Of a stretch of 64,000 nucleotides of DNA, positions 40,860-53,550 are shown in pieces. Position 1 is the first letter of the stretch; each line of letters opens with the position of its first letter. The stretch comes from Lama guanicoe (taxonomy: Eukaryota): contig MU053588.1 of assembly GCA_013239625.1 (NCBI GenBank), positions 3,872,799 to 3,936,798 of the forward strand. The letters are read 5' to 3'. Below the pieces are notes generated by a model, which saw only the letters and a program-made list of their open reading frames with translations, was not told where the DNA came from and made no database searches. The position numbers were made by a program, and so were the translations under genes.

Positions 40860-41410
40860 GCCTTCTCCTCTCCAGCTCTCTCCTCCTCTCCCACGCCCCC
40901 TCCTGTCTTACCTCTCCACATCTCTCCCTCCGGTCTCTAATCTCTTCTCTCCTCTCTCTTCCTCCTTCTCCTCCTCCCCTCCTCCTTCTCCTCCAGCTCC
41001 TCCTGGGCTCTCCTCTCTCACACAGCCCCACTTCTCCTTCCTGCCCTGCCCTTCCCTTCCATCGCTTCCTCCCTCCCTCTCAAACTCCGCTTTCCCCTAC
41101 ACCTCCTCCCCTCGCCTCTTCCCCTCCCTCTCATCACCAACCCTCTCCGCCTCACCTCTCCCTCCAGGCTTCCTTTCTGCCCTCTCCCACCTCCTCTTCC
41201 TGGCTTCCCACTGTCTCCTCCTCCCATCTCTTGCCCTCATCCCCTTTTCTCTCGCTCCCTTCTCCTCCCTCCACCTCCCTATCTCTAGCCTTATCTTTCC
41301 CCTCCTCTTCTACCCAATTCCACCCCCCAAGCCCCCTGACTCCTCTCCCTCCCCGCATCCTCCATCCTTGTCCCTGTCTCACAGCCCCCCCCCTTTTCTG
41401 TGCTTCTTGC
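40860..41410. repeat. Polypyrimidine/polypurine low-complexity tract filling LYPD5 intron 2
   Basis: Plus strand is overwhelmingly C/T for about 550 bp. Confidence 0.85.
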
Positions 41411-41417
41411 CCCTCAC

Positions 41418-41546
41418 CTGTGTTCAGAGACAAGACAGCCTCAGAGCATCCGTGGAGACAGGAGATGTTGAGGAATTTCGTGCCACTGAGGTCAAAGGGC
41501 CCAAAGTAGATGTGCTGAAAACTGTAGCATTTCAGGGCTTGGGACC
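41418..41546 (-). CDS. LYPD5: LYPD5 exon 2
   Basis: [42 protein letters not shown]; cag/gtgagg; phase 1-1. Confidence 0.95.
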
Positions 41547-42873
41547 CTGGGGAGAGGAGCAGGAGTGGGGTGAGAGGAGCAGGCCAGAGATGAGCCTGTG
41601 CCAGGAACTCAGGGCTCCACCCTGATCATGGCTGTGTCTACCTCTTGACACAGTAATGACCTCTGCACCTGTCAGTCCAGTTCTTTCCCCCTAGGCTGTT
41701 CCAGATCTCCACCCTCTCTGGAAGCCCACTGAGATTTTGATAAAGGAGGAAGTGATTCACTTCTGCTCTGTTTGCCCCTCTCCCAACTAATCTCACCATG
41801 TCCAGCAGCACCAAAAGGCCACCAGTTGAAAACAGACACTTTAGTACAGTCAGTGGGATGTGCAATCTCATATACAAATACACACACAGCCCCAGCAATA
41901 TGCACACAGAACAGATACAAACAGGCCACACAAAATAAGTACCACACAGACCCTCCAGTAGAACCCCCCCAAACTAAGGCACAGCATCTCACACAAGCAA
42001 AATCACAATCACAGGCAGAAAAACATATGGATACAGAAACAGTCACAACACACAGACCCAGAAACAGAGGAAGTCGTACCCAGAGAGAGACAGATACAGA
42101 CTCAAGAATCACAGACTCACAAATAAAATGAGAGACCACAATTAGGTGAAGTGAGAGATCCACCAAAAAGAGACCCACAAAAATAGACAACTTAAAATTG
42201 TATTCATATGCGGGATACACAGAGACGCGTGACACAGATACACAGAGAGACGGACACACACATCAAAGCACCCAAACACAGGTACACGGAGAGAAATACA
42301 CGCCTACCAATCACAGAGATGCACAGACACAAAGAGAAACAGATATGCAAATTGATACACACATCTCTTTTACAAAGAAACCGAGGCTCAGAGATAAACA
42401 GACCCATAAAAGCATTTGTTCAAACACCCAGACACCAAAACTTGGTACAGAGAAGCACACACAAGCGCAGAGACCCACAGGACATGCTAACACTTAGACA
42501 CAAACAGAAATCAAATTCTCTTCTGTGAATGAGCGCACGCACACACATACACAATCACTGGGAGCAGGCGCAGCCTCCTTCCGGCCTCTTGAATTCCCTG
42601 TCTTTGTACTTGCTTCAGTCCTGATATGAATATGTCCCTGTCCTGACCCAAACGGGGGGAGGGGGTTGCCCAAGGATGAGGCTAAGGTTCCCCGCCAGTT
42701 CTGGAGGGAGCCTCCATGATTCTCCAGAAGAACCTTTGAATGGGGGCGTGGGCAAGGAGGATGGGAAAGGCTGGGGTGGTGGACGAGAGACACTAGAGGA
42801 ATCAGTGATATCGGAAGAACGGAGGAGGGAATGAGAAATGGAGAGGACACGGTCTCCAGGCCTCCTCCTACCA

Positions 42874-42953
42874 AGACCCAGGATCCAGGCCCCCAGTCCC
42901 TCCTCCCTCAGACCCAGGATCCAGGCCCCAGCCCCTCCTCCTTCAGACCCAGG
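42874..42953 (+). repeat. MSR1-like units (left arm of inverted repeat)
   Basis: AGACCCAGGATCCAGGCCCCCAGTCCCTCCTCCCTC, about 2.2 units. Confidence 0.85.
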
Positions 42954-43014
42954 AGAATCCTACGTCCCCCCACCCAACTGCCCTTCTTACCATTGGACTC
43001 AAAAGTCTGGACAC

Positions 43015-43072
43015 CTGTCAGGCAGAGAACAATCCCAAAGAGGCACAGCTGGATGGCTCTGGGGACTCCCAT
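43015..43072 (-). CDS. LYPD5: LYPD5 exon 1 (signal peptide); alternative in-frame donor would extend it to 42991
   Basis: MGVPRAIQLCLFGIVLCLT(G); donor G|gtgtcc, or stronger G|gtaaga 24 nt downstream. Confidence 0.88.
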
Positions 43073-43260
43073 TGCCAGGTTGTGGAGCTGAGTGGAGACA
43101 CCGAGGACAGCTCCTCTTGCTCTGATTTCTGCCAGGCTGGTTCTCCCAGCCAAGCCCCAGGCATCCGGGCTACCCAGCCTGGCCAGGATTCCTCCACCCC
43201 CGCCCCCCCCTCGCTTGGGCTGGTCTCCTCCTAGATAATCACGATGGGGCTGTGTTGTGT

Positions 43261-43370
43261 CCTGGGTTTGAGGGAGGAGGGGCTGGGCCCTGGATCCTGG
43301 GTCTGAGGGAGGAGAGGCTGGGGGCCTGGATCCTGGGTCTGAAGGAGGAGGGAGCTAGGGGCCTGGAACC
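43261..43370 (-). repeat. MSR1-like units (right arm of inverted repeat)
   Basis: About 3 units in reverse orientation. Confidence 0.85.
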
Positions 43371-43947
43371 CTTAATTTTGGCGGGATTTGTGTTTTGCAG
43401 GCTCTTTCTACCCTGTTCTCCACACTGTGTTCTAGTCTGAGGTTGGCACACGTGGTCTCTTGATTTCTCTCCTCTTCCTCTGCCCCAGCACACACCACCT
43501 AAATGGGACCCCGTCTCCAGGCCCAGAGACACAAACGTCACCTCCTTACTGAAGACTTCTCTGACTCTCCCCACCTCAATCATCCACCCACCCTCAGCCT
43601 CAAGCACCTCCCTGTCTCCCAGCCTTGGTCACCCTGGGTTGGGCTAGTGTCTGTCTCTTCCATCAGGCTGTGAACTCCTCAGAGGCCTCAGGGGATGTTG
43701 GTGATGTATGAATGAGTGAATCAATGAAACTTACAAGCAAACAGAGAGGCAGAGAGAGAATGACAAGGAGATAGAGACACCCGGAGAGGCAGTTACACAT
43801 GGGATGCAGAAGGACAGATAGACCTGGTGTGGACAGATGCAAAGGTAGACAAACCCAGACTTGATGGACGGGCCATGCCCACAGAAGGTGCTTAATAAGT
43901 ATGTATTAGATTCTTAAATGAATGAATTAAAAAACATTGGAGGAGGA

Positions 43948-44092
43948 GGGGGAGAGTATAGCTCAGTGGTGGAGTGCATGTCTAGCATGCACGAGGTCCT
44001 GGGTTCAATCCTCAGTACCTCCATTAAATAAATAAATAAACCTAATTATCCCCCCCACCCCACCCCCCAAAAAACCCCAAAACCAACCAAAC
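43948..44092 (+). mobile_element. tRNA-derived SINE (Vic-like)
   Basis: Full head and tail; imperfect TSD AAAAACATTGGAGGAG / AAAAATATTGGAAGAG. Confidence 0.9.
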
Positions 44093-44367
44093 AAAAATAT
44101 TGGAAGAGATGAGACACAGGCAGACAACCAGAGGGATACGCTGTCCCCCAAAGACACAGACGAACCCATGTGGACACTCAGACACTGGTCCACATGGATG
44201 TCCCTGCAGGCGGTGGGAACCAGGGCAGAGACCCCAGGTCGGTACCTCCTGATATGCCTTGCTTCTCGCGGCTTGGAGGAGCACCAGGCATGTGCAGAGG
44301 CAGATGGATGGGCATAGGCGACATAATGGCAGTGACCAGTGCAACCGTAAGAGTCCCCTGAGCTCAC

Positions 44368-44889
44368 TGAAACTTTACATGGATTTCTTCCTGACTATGG
44401 GCCCCCGATCTCCCTTTTCTTAGAACATTTACTTGGGAACACCTGTCACTGCAAATTCTTCCTCTGTTCCTTTGAAATGTAGGTAAATCTTCTCCCAGCT
44501 CTTGCCAGTTATACAACCCAGGAATGTCTTTCTTAGGGACTTGGGAGCCATCCCTTTGAGATATTATCAAGGAATATAGAAGCCCTGTCCCCTGGGCTCT
44601 GTGAGAGGGTAGCAGTTGAACTTGTATACACAGCAATTAGCAAACACAGATGGCCAGATCACAGAGAAAAACATTTGCAAACTCAGGAGTAGGTCAGGGT
44701 GCTATCTACTCCCATGGATCAATCTCCCCTCTGTCTCTGGCACTTTCCCGAGAGCCCATCCAGCGCTGAAAGCCCCTTCCATGTTTTGTTTCAGCGGAGT
44801 TGAGTTTAGTTTCTTTCTCCTATTGCCATAGTCTTGAATAAAGTCTGCTGTGCCTGTTTAACTTTTCTCAGTGCAATTTTCCCTTGACA
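44368..44889 (+). mobile_element. Solo LTR, MER67/MER31-like (ERV1)
   Basis: TG...CA termini, AATAAA near the 3' end, ACAACCCAGGAATGTCTTTCT motif. Confidence 0.7.
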
Positions 44890-45353
44890 GTAAACACCCA
44901 GGCACTGTGGACACTCACCAGAGTCCTGGACCCACACTTGCCAAATTCCTGCTCCTCCCAGCAGGCCCCAGTTACCCAAACCTGTTTTGCATCTAAATTA
45001 TTCTTCCTGTTTCTCCCATCTCTGCCCCAGGCTCTCTGTCAGGGGCTGGTCCCTGAGGGGCAGGGTGGAGCTAAGGGCCCCTAGAGAGTAGAGACTGGCC
45101 AGGGGAGGAGGCTGGGTTTTCTGAAGCACCTTTGAAAGGTGGAGGCATTGGAGGTGTCCACAGAGCTTCACAGTTTCAGAGTTTGACTTGGGCAACCAGT
45201 GTCGGAGTGTGTGTGTGTGGGAGTGTGTGTGTGTGGGAGTGTAAGTGGCTGTGTAAGTGTGTGGCTGTGTCTGTGTGATTTTAACTCTGGCCACCTTCAG
45301 ATCCCTTAGGATGCTGTGAGATATTAGGTGGGCAGCTCCCCACTGCAGGAGGT

Positions 45354-45756
45354 TGTCGACAAAAAATTAATCAGTAGTCCATCTAAGAAATAAATGAAAA
45401 ATTGTATTCAAGCCAACCCGAGGATTATAACTCAGGAGACAGTCTTTCTGAAAGCTCGGAGGACTGTTTCCACCCATCAGAGGTTAAAGTACAGTTATAT
45501 ACGTTTTTGAGACAAAGGGGTAGCTGTTGAATGACAGATTGACAGTTTACACAACCCTGATCTGCAGGTACAGAGCAAGTCCTGGGGCTTCATGATCCTT
45601 TACACGTTGAAGAAGGAAGTTATCTCCTAAGGAGGTCTGGTTAATGCAGATGCACAATATACACTAAGGGGAAAGGAGGATGCCCAAATGGGGAGAGAGA
45701 ATTTTTATGTTTAGATTTTTCTTATCTTGCCATAAAATAGGAATTTTATTTCATCA
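45354..45756 (-). mobile_element. Solo LTR (ERV1/MER41-like)
   Basis: TG...CA termini; its 3' end resembles the LTR-like piece at 54945-55196, both ending GTCGACA. Confidence 0.6.
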
Positions 45757-46089
45757 AGGGTAATCACGTGGAGACCCAGTGATCTAGGTCTAGAGATCTT
45801 GGCGGGGCTCCTGCATCTACAGAGGATGAACTCTGAGTTCCCTATGAACCTAGAAGTTCTTTTTTTTTTTTTGGTAATCACTTTTTAGTAATTAAACTGC
45901 GGCAATTAAGTGATTAATTATTTGAGAGATTGGGGAAAACTGAGGGTGTTTTGTGGTGGCCATTAAGGTGCTACTTTTCAAACTTTTCAAAAATTGTCAA
46001 ACAAACACAAACACGCAGAGAATAGTGCACCCATCACCTGGACTCGGCAATTTTTAACATATTGCTGGTCTTGCGTAATTTATTCTTCC

Positions 46090-49000
46090 CCGCTTAGGTG
46101 CTCTTAACCAAATCTTGAATTGGATTTTTGCATTTTTTTCTCAAAATATTAATTTTACTGAAAACACCATTTCAGTGTAGGTGATTTTCGAAGGGCAACT
46201 TTGGCTTATGTTCTAAGGTACCAATCTTTAGGAACGTCATGAACAATTTCTAAAAGGGCGCCACTTGCCACCTTGAATTGAATTCTTAGCGTGTTCATGC
46301 CACCAAATCCACTTTCTCTTTGCATGTTGAATAGTTTCAAGTCTATTTTCAATACACTCATTTATTAGAAGCTGGAGAGTAGTTGTGGAGTGCTTGAATA
46401 ATGTTTAAAAGTTCAGTGGTATAAAAAGAACTTTTTGCTGCATTGTTCGTTACTCGGTTTAAAGAATGGGCAGAAGGATTAGCTCTTCCAAGAAGAGAGA
46501 AAGGAGGCAGATCAGGAGGTGTTACCCAGTCTCTGCCCAACCCCAACCACCTACTGGAGCATCTGTGTGGATGTCTTCAACTGCCTGTTGGAGCGTCCAC
46601 ATGGGTGGGTTGAATGCTTTGAACAATTTTCAAGGATCTTTGGTTGTATTCCATAAGTCCCCATGAACTTGTCCATTCCCATGCACATTTACAAATACCT
46701 GGCTTCTCAAATGATTTTTTTCCCCAGATTTGATTTGTTTCAGCAGTTGACTAAATGCATGCATCATCTGTGTTGGTGTGTATCCTCTACTAGACAAAAG
46801 TCCCCAAAATGTTTACATATAAGAACAGGTGCAATCTGGAAATTCACCTACCTAGCAAAAACTGTTAACTGGCTTTTAACTACAAACAGGCTTTTGTAGC
46901 CAAAATAATTAAGAGTTACTTAGTATTCCTTACCTTATTCGAAATGATTCCACTAATCCTTAACATGATATAATTGTAATGATTTGTGTTTTTTTTAAAA
47001 TGTCATCTCCTAAAATAGTGTGTGACATCACTTGCTGACAATCTTTATATTCTGCATAAATGTTCTTTGATACGTTAATTAGAACTGGGGAGTTTTCTTC
47101 TGGAACTCTAGTCACTGACTTGCCAAAAAACTGAATTGTGTGTATTGTATGCCAATATGTTCTTTTATTTTCATGTAATAAAATCTGCCTGCCACATCAA
47201 TATTTCTTTTTCAGATCAGATTTTACTTTTTTTTTTTTACAGGTTAGTAGTGTTAAGTATGTTTACGTTGTTGTGTGACCAATCTTTTCGACCTTTTTCG
47301 TCCTGCAAAACTGAAACTTTAGACCCATTAAACAACATCTTCTCGTACCCTCTCCCCACAAACGCGGGCATCCACCATTCTACTTTGTGTTTCTATGAAT
47401 TTGACTACTCTAGATACTTCATATATGTGGAATCGTACAATGTTTATCTTGTTACGACTGGCTTATTTCATTTAGTATCATATCCACATGGTTCATCCAT
47501 GTTGTAGCATGTATCAGAATTTCCTTTCTTTTTTTAAGGTTGAGTAATAGTCCATCATATTTATATACTGCATTTGCTTTATCCATTCACCCATCGAAGT
47601 GCACTTGGATTGCTTCGACCTCTTGGCCATTGTGAATAAGGCTGCAATGAACATTGGTGTACAGACGTCTGTTTGGGACCTTGTTTTCAATTCTTTTGGG
47701 TGTATAATAAATCAGATCCTAACTTTGAATACTGCAAACTATTGTGGATGTGCCCTTCACTTTCTTGTTTTTAAGTATGTGATCAAGGCTACCAATTTGT
47801 GTGTGGCCCCTTGGGAGGCAAGACTGAGGCAGAGATTAATGGTAAGGACAGTGGGACCCAAGCTGTGGAAGGGAAGCAAAGGGTGCAGGTCCAGGAGAAG
47901 CAGGGCTGTGATGCAGTCCCAACAAAGGGCTCAGTCCACCCCAGGAAGCTCTGGTGTGTGGGGCTCCCAGCAGCTGAGGCAATCCCCAAGGGGGCATCAG
48001 CTGAGAGAAGTCCTTCCTTCCTAAGCAGTTCTTGGTGGCAGATCACAGCATCTGCCACACTCTACTCATTCTCTTTTTTAGTGTATTTTTTCCCCCAATC
48101 TCCAGAGTTTGACATAAAGATGGGTTACAGGAATCTTTGAGATAAAATAAACTTACCCAAATCTGATCATTTATTTCCCAATTGGAACGATATGGTGAAA
48201 CAACATTTCTGTCTACCATATTGTCTTTTGGAAGTTAAACATTCTTATTTAAAGGGAATAATTTTAAAGAGTTTAAATTTGAGTTTGATATCGTAACATT
48301 CAAATGTTGAGTTTAGATTTAAGACTCTAATATTCAAATTAGATGGCTGGGTACCTGAATTGAATTAAAGATGCAAAAATCATATTGAATTAAAGGATTC
48401 TTCATTTTCATTTTTCTCCTCTCCCACTCATTTCTTGAAATTTTTCCTTCACGGTTTACACGGAGGTAGGCAAATTCATGCCAATCATTAATGGGTCTGG
48501 ATTCATCTATATTCACCTGAAATAACATCTGTGGAAAATTTTTCCCCGTGCCACCTTATTTTTCACAAAATGTATTCAGTGAACCAGTTAATTCTGTAAT
48601 AGTTTTCCACTTTCTGATCCTGATTATTTTTCCTTCTTGATAGTGTCAAATAGAGTTAGTTTTTTTCTTTTAAGAATTTTAACACCTTAAAATAATATGC
48701 AGGTAACAAGTCATTAAATTTAAATAATTGTTAATTTTTATACTGTTGCAATTTCTAAAGCAATAATAAACACTGCTATAATAATATAATTAACAGACTA
48801 TTGTGTAATACTCTTTAATTTCCACCCACCTACGTTCTTTGTGTATTACTAATGGTAATTGGATGTTGGTTATTATATAGTGATTTATGCCAAGTGAAAA
48901 GACATGTGCATTTAAATTTGGAATTCAATAATTCTGGTCTGGTGCAGTAAATAATTTGCAGAAATATGAACTGCAATATGAAACACTGAATGCAGCCAAA

Positions 49001-49220
49001 GCACAGATACCAGTAGGGATTTTTTTAAAAGATTCTCTGTATATCAGGTGGAAAAGTAGTTCTTTGTTTAGAAGCACTGGCTATTTTAGATGCTATGAGA
49101 TCAACAAAGTCTTTCCATTTTCAAACTTACCCTTTGTAAGTGGAAGTGAATGGGTGCTACCTACCCTGTTGGAACAAGACACTTTACTGCCATCTGCTGG
49201 AAAGTGGTTGCAATAAATTA
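46090..49220 (-). mobile_element. Fragmented hAT (Tip100/Zaphod-like) transposase relic with nested insertions
   Basis: Minus-strand peptide AHSLNRVTNNAAKSS..LNIIQALHNY resembles the hAT CxAHSLNL motif; also KEHLCRI and FLASQ remnants. Confidence 0.55.
47225..47710 (-). mobile_element. L1 3' fragment (L1MA-like)
   Basis: Typical antisense L1 text: GGTTCATCCATGTTGTAGCATGT, GCTGCAATGAACATTGGTGTAC. Confidence 0.8.
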
Positions 49221-49997
49221 TAAATCACTTTGCAGTCAGCAAAAGAGTAACAATATACACAAACACTTCCAAAAATTTGTTTTCAAAATAATAAAGATGT
49301 CCATGATGTGAATGGTACTCCCTTAGGTGTAGTGCTCTTGTGCAGTCCCCAACACAAACAACTGTACATGGTGACACTGGAAAGCCACACACAGATGAAG
49401 CAGATGTGGGAGAGGGATGGGAGGATTGGCTCATGACAAAGAAGTCAGAAGGCTTCTAGGAAGAGATCCACAGCCAGAAGTAGCAGGACTTGGGAGTTAG
49501 ATAGGAGTGGGTTTTAAGACCATCTCAATGGATGATTGGGATCAGAGACAGGCAAATCAAGATGGCAGGTGTTGTTGGAAGGTCATTTGTGGGCCAGGAG
49601 ACCCAGGCTCTACCCTGCATTTAATGTGTCTCCTTAAAAGAATCCCTCCTTCTCCCTGAGTTTCTTTTGCTCCTTTTGGATGTGGTGGTGGGCAAGATTT
49701 GCTGTACTCTGGGAGCCCTGCCCTTTTTGACCTTCCGGGTTTCTGAGAACTAAAGAGACTGGGGTCTCCAGGAATGGATCTCCAGGAATGGATGGGAGGG
49801 GGCAGGGATCATATGCTGTCACTGTAGGAGCAGAAATGGCTGAACTTCAGGGGAGACTTGGCCATGTTCTGGCCACACCAGTGTATACATTCACCCATGG
49901 TCTACACTGGTGGGGTAAGGGACTAAGGGATCTCAGATAGTGTTGGGAAGAACATCCAGAAGAGTCTCTCTTGATCCCTGGATTTCTATCCACAAAG

Positions 49998-50119
49998 TTT
50001 TTTTTGGGGGGGGTGGTAATTAGGCTTATTTATTTATTTATTAATGGAGGCACTTGGATTGAACCCAGGACCTCGTGCATGCTAAGTATTCACTCTACCA
50101 CTGAGCTATACCCTCCTCC
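49998..50119 (-). mobile_element. tRNA-derived SINE (Vic-like)
   Basis: Same family, minus orientation. Confidence 0.87.
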
Positions 50120-50701
50120 TGCATCAGTTAGCTTCTGCTGCACAACAAGCAACAGACAAAACTTAGTGGTTTAAAACAACAGGTATTTTATGTATCTCCT
50201 GATTCTCTGTGTCTCCTGGGTTGTTCTTCTGGTATGGGCTGACTTGACTGGTCACTGTTGGGCTCTCTCACGTGTCTGTGGTCAGCTGATGGGTTGGATG
50301 GTGGTTGGATGATCTAGGCTGGTCTCACTCACAAGACTGCTAGCCAGTCAGGCCTCAGTTCTCCCCATGGGAATGGCAAGATTCCAATGGGCAGTGAAAA
50401 AGGACAACCTCCAGTAAGCAAGTGCTTTTCATGCCTTTGCTCTGCAAAGTTATATTTGCTAATGTCACTGGCCAGCAAGTCACCAGGCTTGCTCAGTCAG
50501 TGTGGAAGGGCACTAACAAACTGTGTGGACAGAAGGAGGGGAATAATTCATGGTTATTTTTGCCCTGTCTGTCTCCCTATCTGGGTTGAATCACTAAAAG
50601 CCAGTGACAGATATCATTTTGCTTCACTTCTAAATATAAATCCTGGAGTAGGCAAGGGATCTTTCCTCAATGTGACTCTCCTCTTCCCTCTCTGCAGGCG
50701 A

Positions 50702-51286
50702 TTTTTAAAATTTTTTTTTAAATTGAAGTATAGTTGTTTTACAATGTTGTGTTAGTTTCAAGTGTACAGCAAAGGGATTCAGATATATATATATATTCTA
50801 TATATCTATATGTAGAATATCTATATATTCAGATTCCTTTCCATTATAGGTTATTACAAGATAACCCTGTGCTATACAATAGGTCCTTGTTGTTTTTCTA
50901 TTTTATGTATAGTAGTGTGTATCTGCTAATCCCAAACTCCTAATTTATCCCTCCCCTCCTTTCCCCTTTGGTAACCATAAGTTTGTTTTCTGTGTCTGTG
51001 AGTCTGTTTCTGTTTTGTAAATAAGTTCATTTGTATCATGTTTTTAGATTCTACATATAAGTGATATCATATTGTATTTGTCTTTCTCTTTCTGGCTTAC
51101 TACACTTAGAATGATGATCTCCAGGTCCATCCATGTTGTTGCATATGGCATTATCTTTATGGCTAAGTAGTATACCATTATATAAATATACCACAACTTC
51201 TTTATCCAGTCATCTGTCCATGGACATTTCGGTTGTTTCCATATCTTGGCTATTATAAATAGTGCTGCTGTGAACATTGGGGTGTC
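50702..51286 (-). mobile_element. L1 3' end with ORF2 C-terminus
   Basis: Minus-strand ORF MFTAALFIIAKIWKQPKCP..DDWIKKLWYIY is the L1 ORF2 C-terminal motif. Confidence 0.9.
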
Positions 51287-51960
51287 AAATACTCACTTTA
51301 AATAATCAGTTATTGGTGTTTGGCCTCTCTGTTGCATCAGTGTTTTCTACTTAATTTATGCTTATTACTTGCTTTGACACTTTTTTTTGTTATTCACTCT
51401 GTTATTCTTTGGTTTCTAACTTCCCAAGTTGGACAAAGCCTATAATTTTCATCCTTTTTATTTTTCTTTCTTTTGAACTTATGTTACATTATGTATGCAA
51501 TAAATGTAATACCTAAATTTCTTGGTGTTCTATTTATGTTGTTTGTTGTTTTTGCTACTGAAATTCATGGTGGCTTGTCTCCTTATGTTAAATTTAGGGT
51601 CATCTGTAAAAATTCTTCAAGACATGAATGGATGTTAAAATCCTCCAGAAATTTCCTTGATGATTTCTCCAAACATCCTGGCACTCCAAGCTGAGGATAA
51701 ATTTTATACTAATATCTCAGCCCAAGTTTCCCAGTACATGCTGGCAATATAAGTCAAGCTACTAACAAAATATTAACAGAAGTACACAACAATTTACGAA
51801 AAGGATCTTACATCATGCTGTAGTTGGCTTATTCCAAAAATGTAAGGTTGGTTTAACATTCAAATAACCAATGTATTCTTACCATGTTATCAAAATAAAG
51901 AAGAACTTTATGGTCATATTAGAGGATACAGAAAAGACATTTGATGAAAAATCAGCAGAA

Positions 51961-51962
<2 letters not shown>

Positions 51963-52002
<40 letters not shown>

Positions 52003-52015
52003 GATGATGATAATG
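51963..52015. repeat. (AAT)n(GAT)n compound microsatellite
   Basis: Directly visible. Confidence 0.9.
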
Positions 52016-52879
52016 AAAACTCTTGGCAAACGAATTGAAATTAACTTACTTCTTCAGATTTAGAGTGTCTATTTTTTAAAAAGAAAGTTAGAGCAAACAT
52101 AATACTAAGCAGCACCCCCAACAAACGTACCACGCAACAAACATACCACTCAACAAACACACACAATACTTGTCACATATAGTCACAGAGCTATATGCTG
52201 ACGTGTCACAGGCATGGATGGTCATACATACACAGTTGTACCACATAATCACAGAGCTACACCCCAGACCTGTCACACATCACACAGCACGTTCACACCC
52301 CTGCTCTGTCATGATACACAAAAACACGGTTCCATCACAGTCACAGATTCATCCTGATCTTGTCATGCAGAAAGTGCTGTCTTCTCTCTGGTGCACACAC
52401 ACATACAGTCTGTCACATAGTCGTGGAGAAACACTCCAGATCCGCCCTGAGCACTAGATAAGCACATACAACGCATTCTACATACAGTCACAGAGACATA
52501 CACTGGCCATTTCGTGTGCACAGACGCCCTCTTTTACAAACACTTACACACACACACTCCATCCGTCACAGGACATCCCAGTCCTGTCATGTGCGCAGTC
52601 ATGCAAATGCAACATCATCTTTCACATAGTGAAAGATGTGGCTCTACCTTGGCTCTACCATGCGCATGATGTTCACACACAACCCTTACACCATGTCTGT
52701 CCCTCACCATCACGGAAACGTCGTGTCCCATACCTGACTCTCCGTTGCACCTGTCCAGGAGACACCCTGACCTGTTTTGACCACCCCTCCCGGTCACATC
52801 TGTCACACCATTACTTCCTTCAGCAGCTTGCGTTCTCCTGGAGCGCTTCCCTCCCGCCAGTGGCTGCCGGCTGGGCTCC

Positions 52880-53190
52880 GAGTTCCCAAAGTCCTCTCCG
52901 CCTCACTCTGCATCGATTTCTCCTTCCACAGGACCTGCTCACACGCGGAGCCCCAAAACCACTAGGATGCTGTACGGACACTTGGGAAATTCCCGGTTGT
53001 TTGGGCCCAGTGGCCTATGGGAAATGTAGTCCAGAGCTAGAAAAGCAGGAGACACAGGAAACCCAAAGTCCACGGAACCACCCGCTCCGGGGGTTTCTGG
53101 GAGTTGTAGTCGTTGCTAGCATTGCGCAGGCGCCTGCACCTGAAGGCCTTAGAGGGGTGTGTGTGTGCGTGCGCGAGCGCGAGCGATTAA
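52880..53190. promoter_or_regulatory. CpG-rich ZNF143/NRF1-type promoter, probably a distal LYPD5 promoter
   Basis: TGGGAAATGTAGTCC 53018-53032, CTGGGAGTTGTAGTC 53097-53111, TGCGCAGGCGC 53123-53133; minus-strand donor CAG|GTATGG at 52733. Confidence 0.65.
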
Positions 53191-53254
53191 GTGGCTGTAG
53201 ATAGATGTAGCTTTGTTATGGAGGCAGTTTCTAGTGGCAGATCCTCACAAAATT

Positions 53255-53550
53255 TGAGATGGTATCCACTGGGGTTCCAGGGCTCCCACCTGGGGTTAGT
53301 GCTGAGGATGCTGAAGTCCCTTACACAAAACGGTGTAGTATTTGCATGTAACCTATGTACATCCTTCCTTATACTTTAAATCATCTGTAGATTACTTGTA
53401 CTTAATACAATGTAAATTCTATGTAAATAGTTGCTGTCTTGCAGCAAATTCATTTTACTTTTTGGAAATTTCTGGAATTTTAAAAAATATTTTGGATTAA
53501 CGGTTGAATCCAGTGATGCCGAATGGGTGGATATGGAGGGCTGACTGTAT
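53255..53550. mobile_element. MER2 (Tigger-derived) element
   Basis: GTATTTGCATGTAACCTATGTACATCC...TTTAAATCATCT...GGATATGGAGGGCTGACTGTA. Confidence 0.75.

Noticed and set aside
40414..41625. 403-aa plus-strand ORF, the longest in the track
   Set aside because: Antisense to LYPD5 exons 2-4 and made mostly of Ser/Pro/Leu from a C/T tract that lacks stops; compositional artefact
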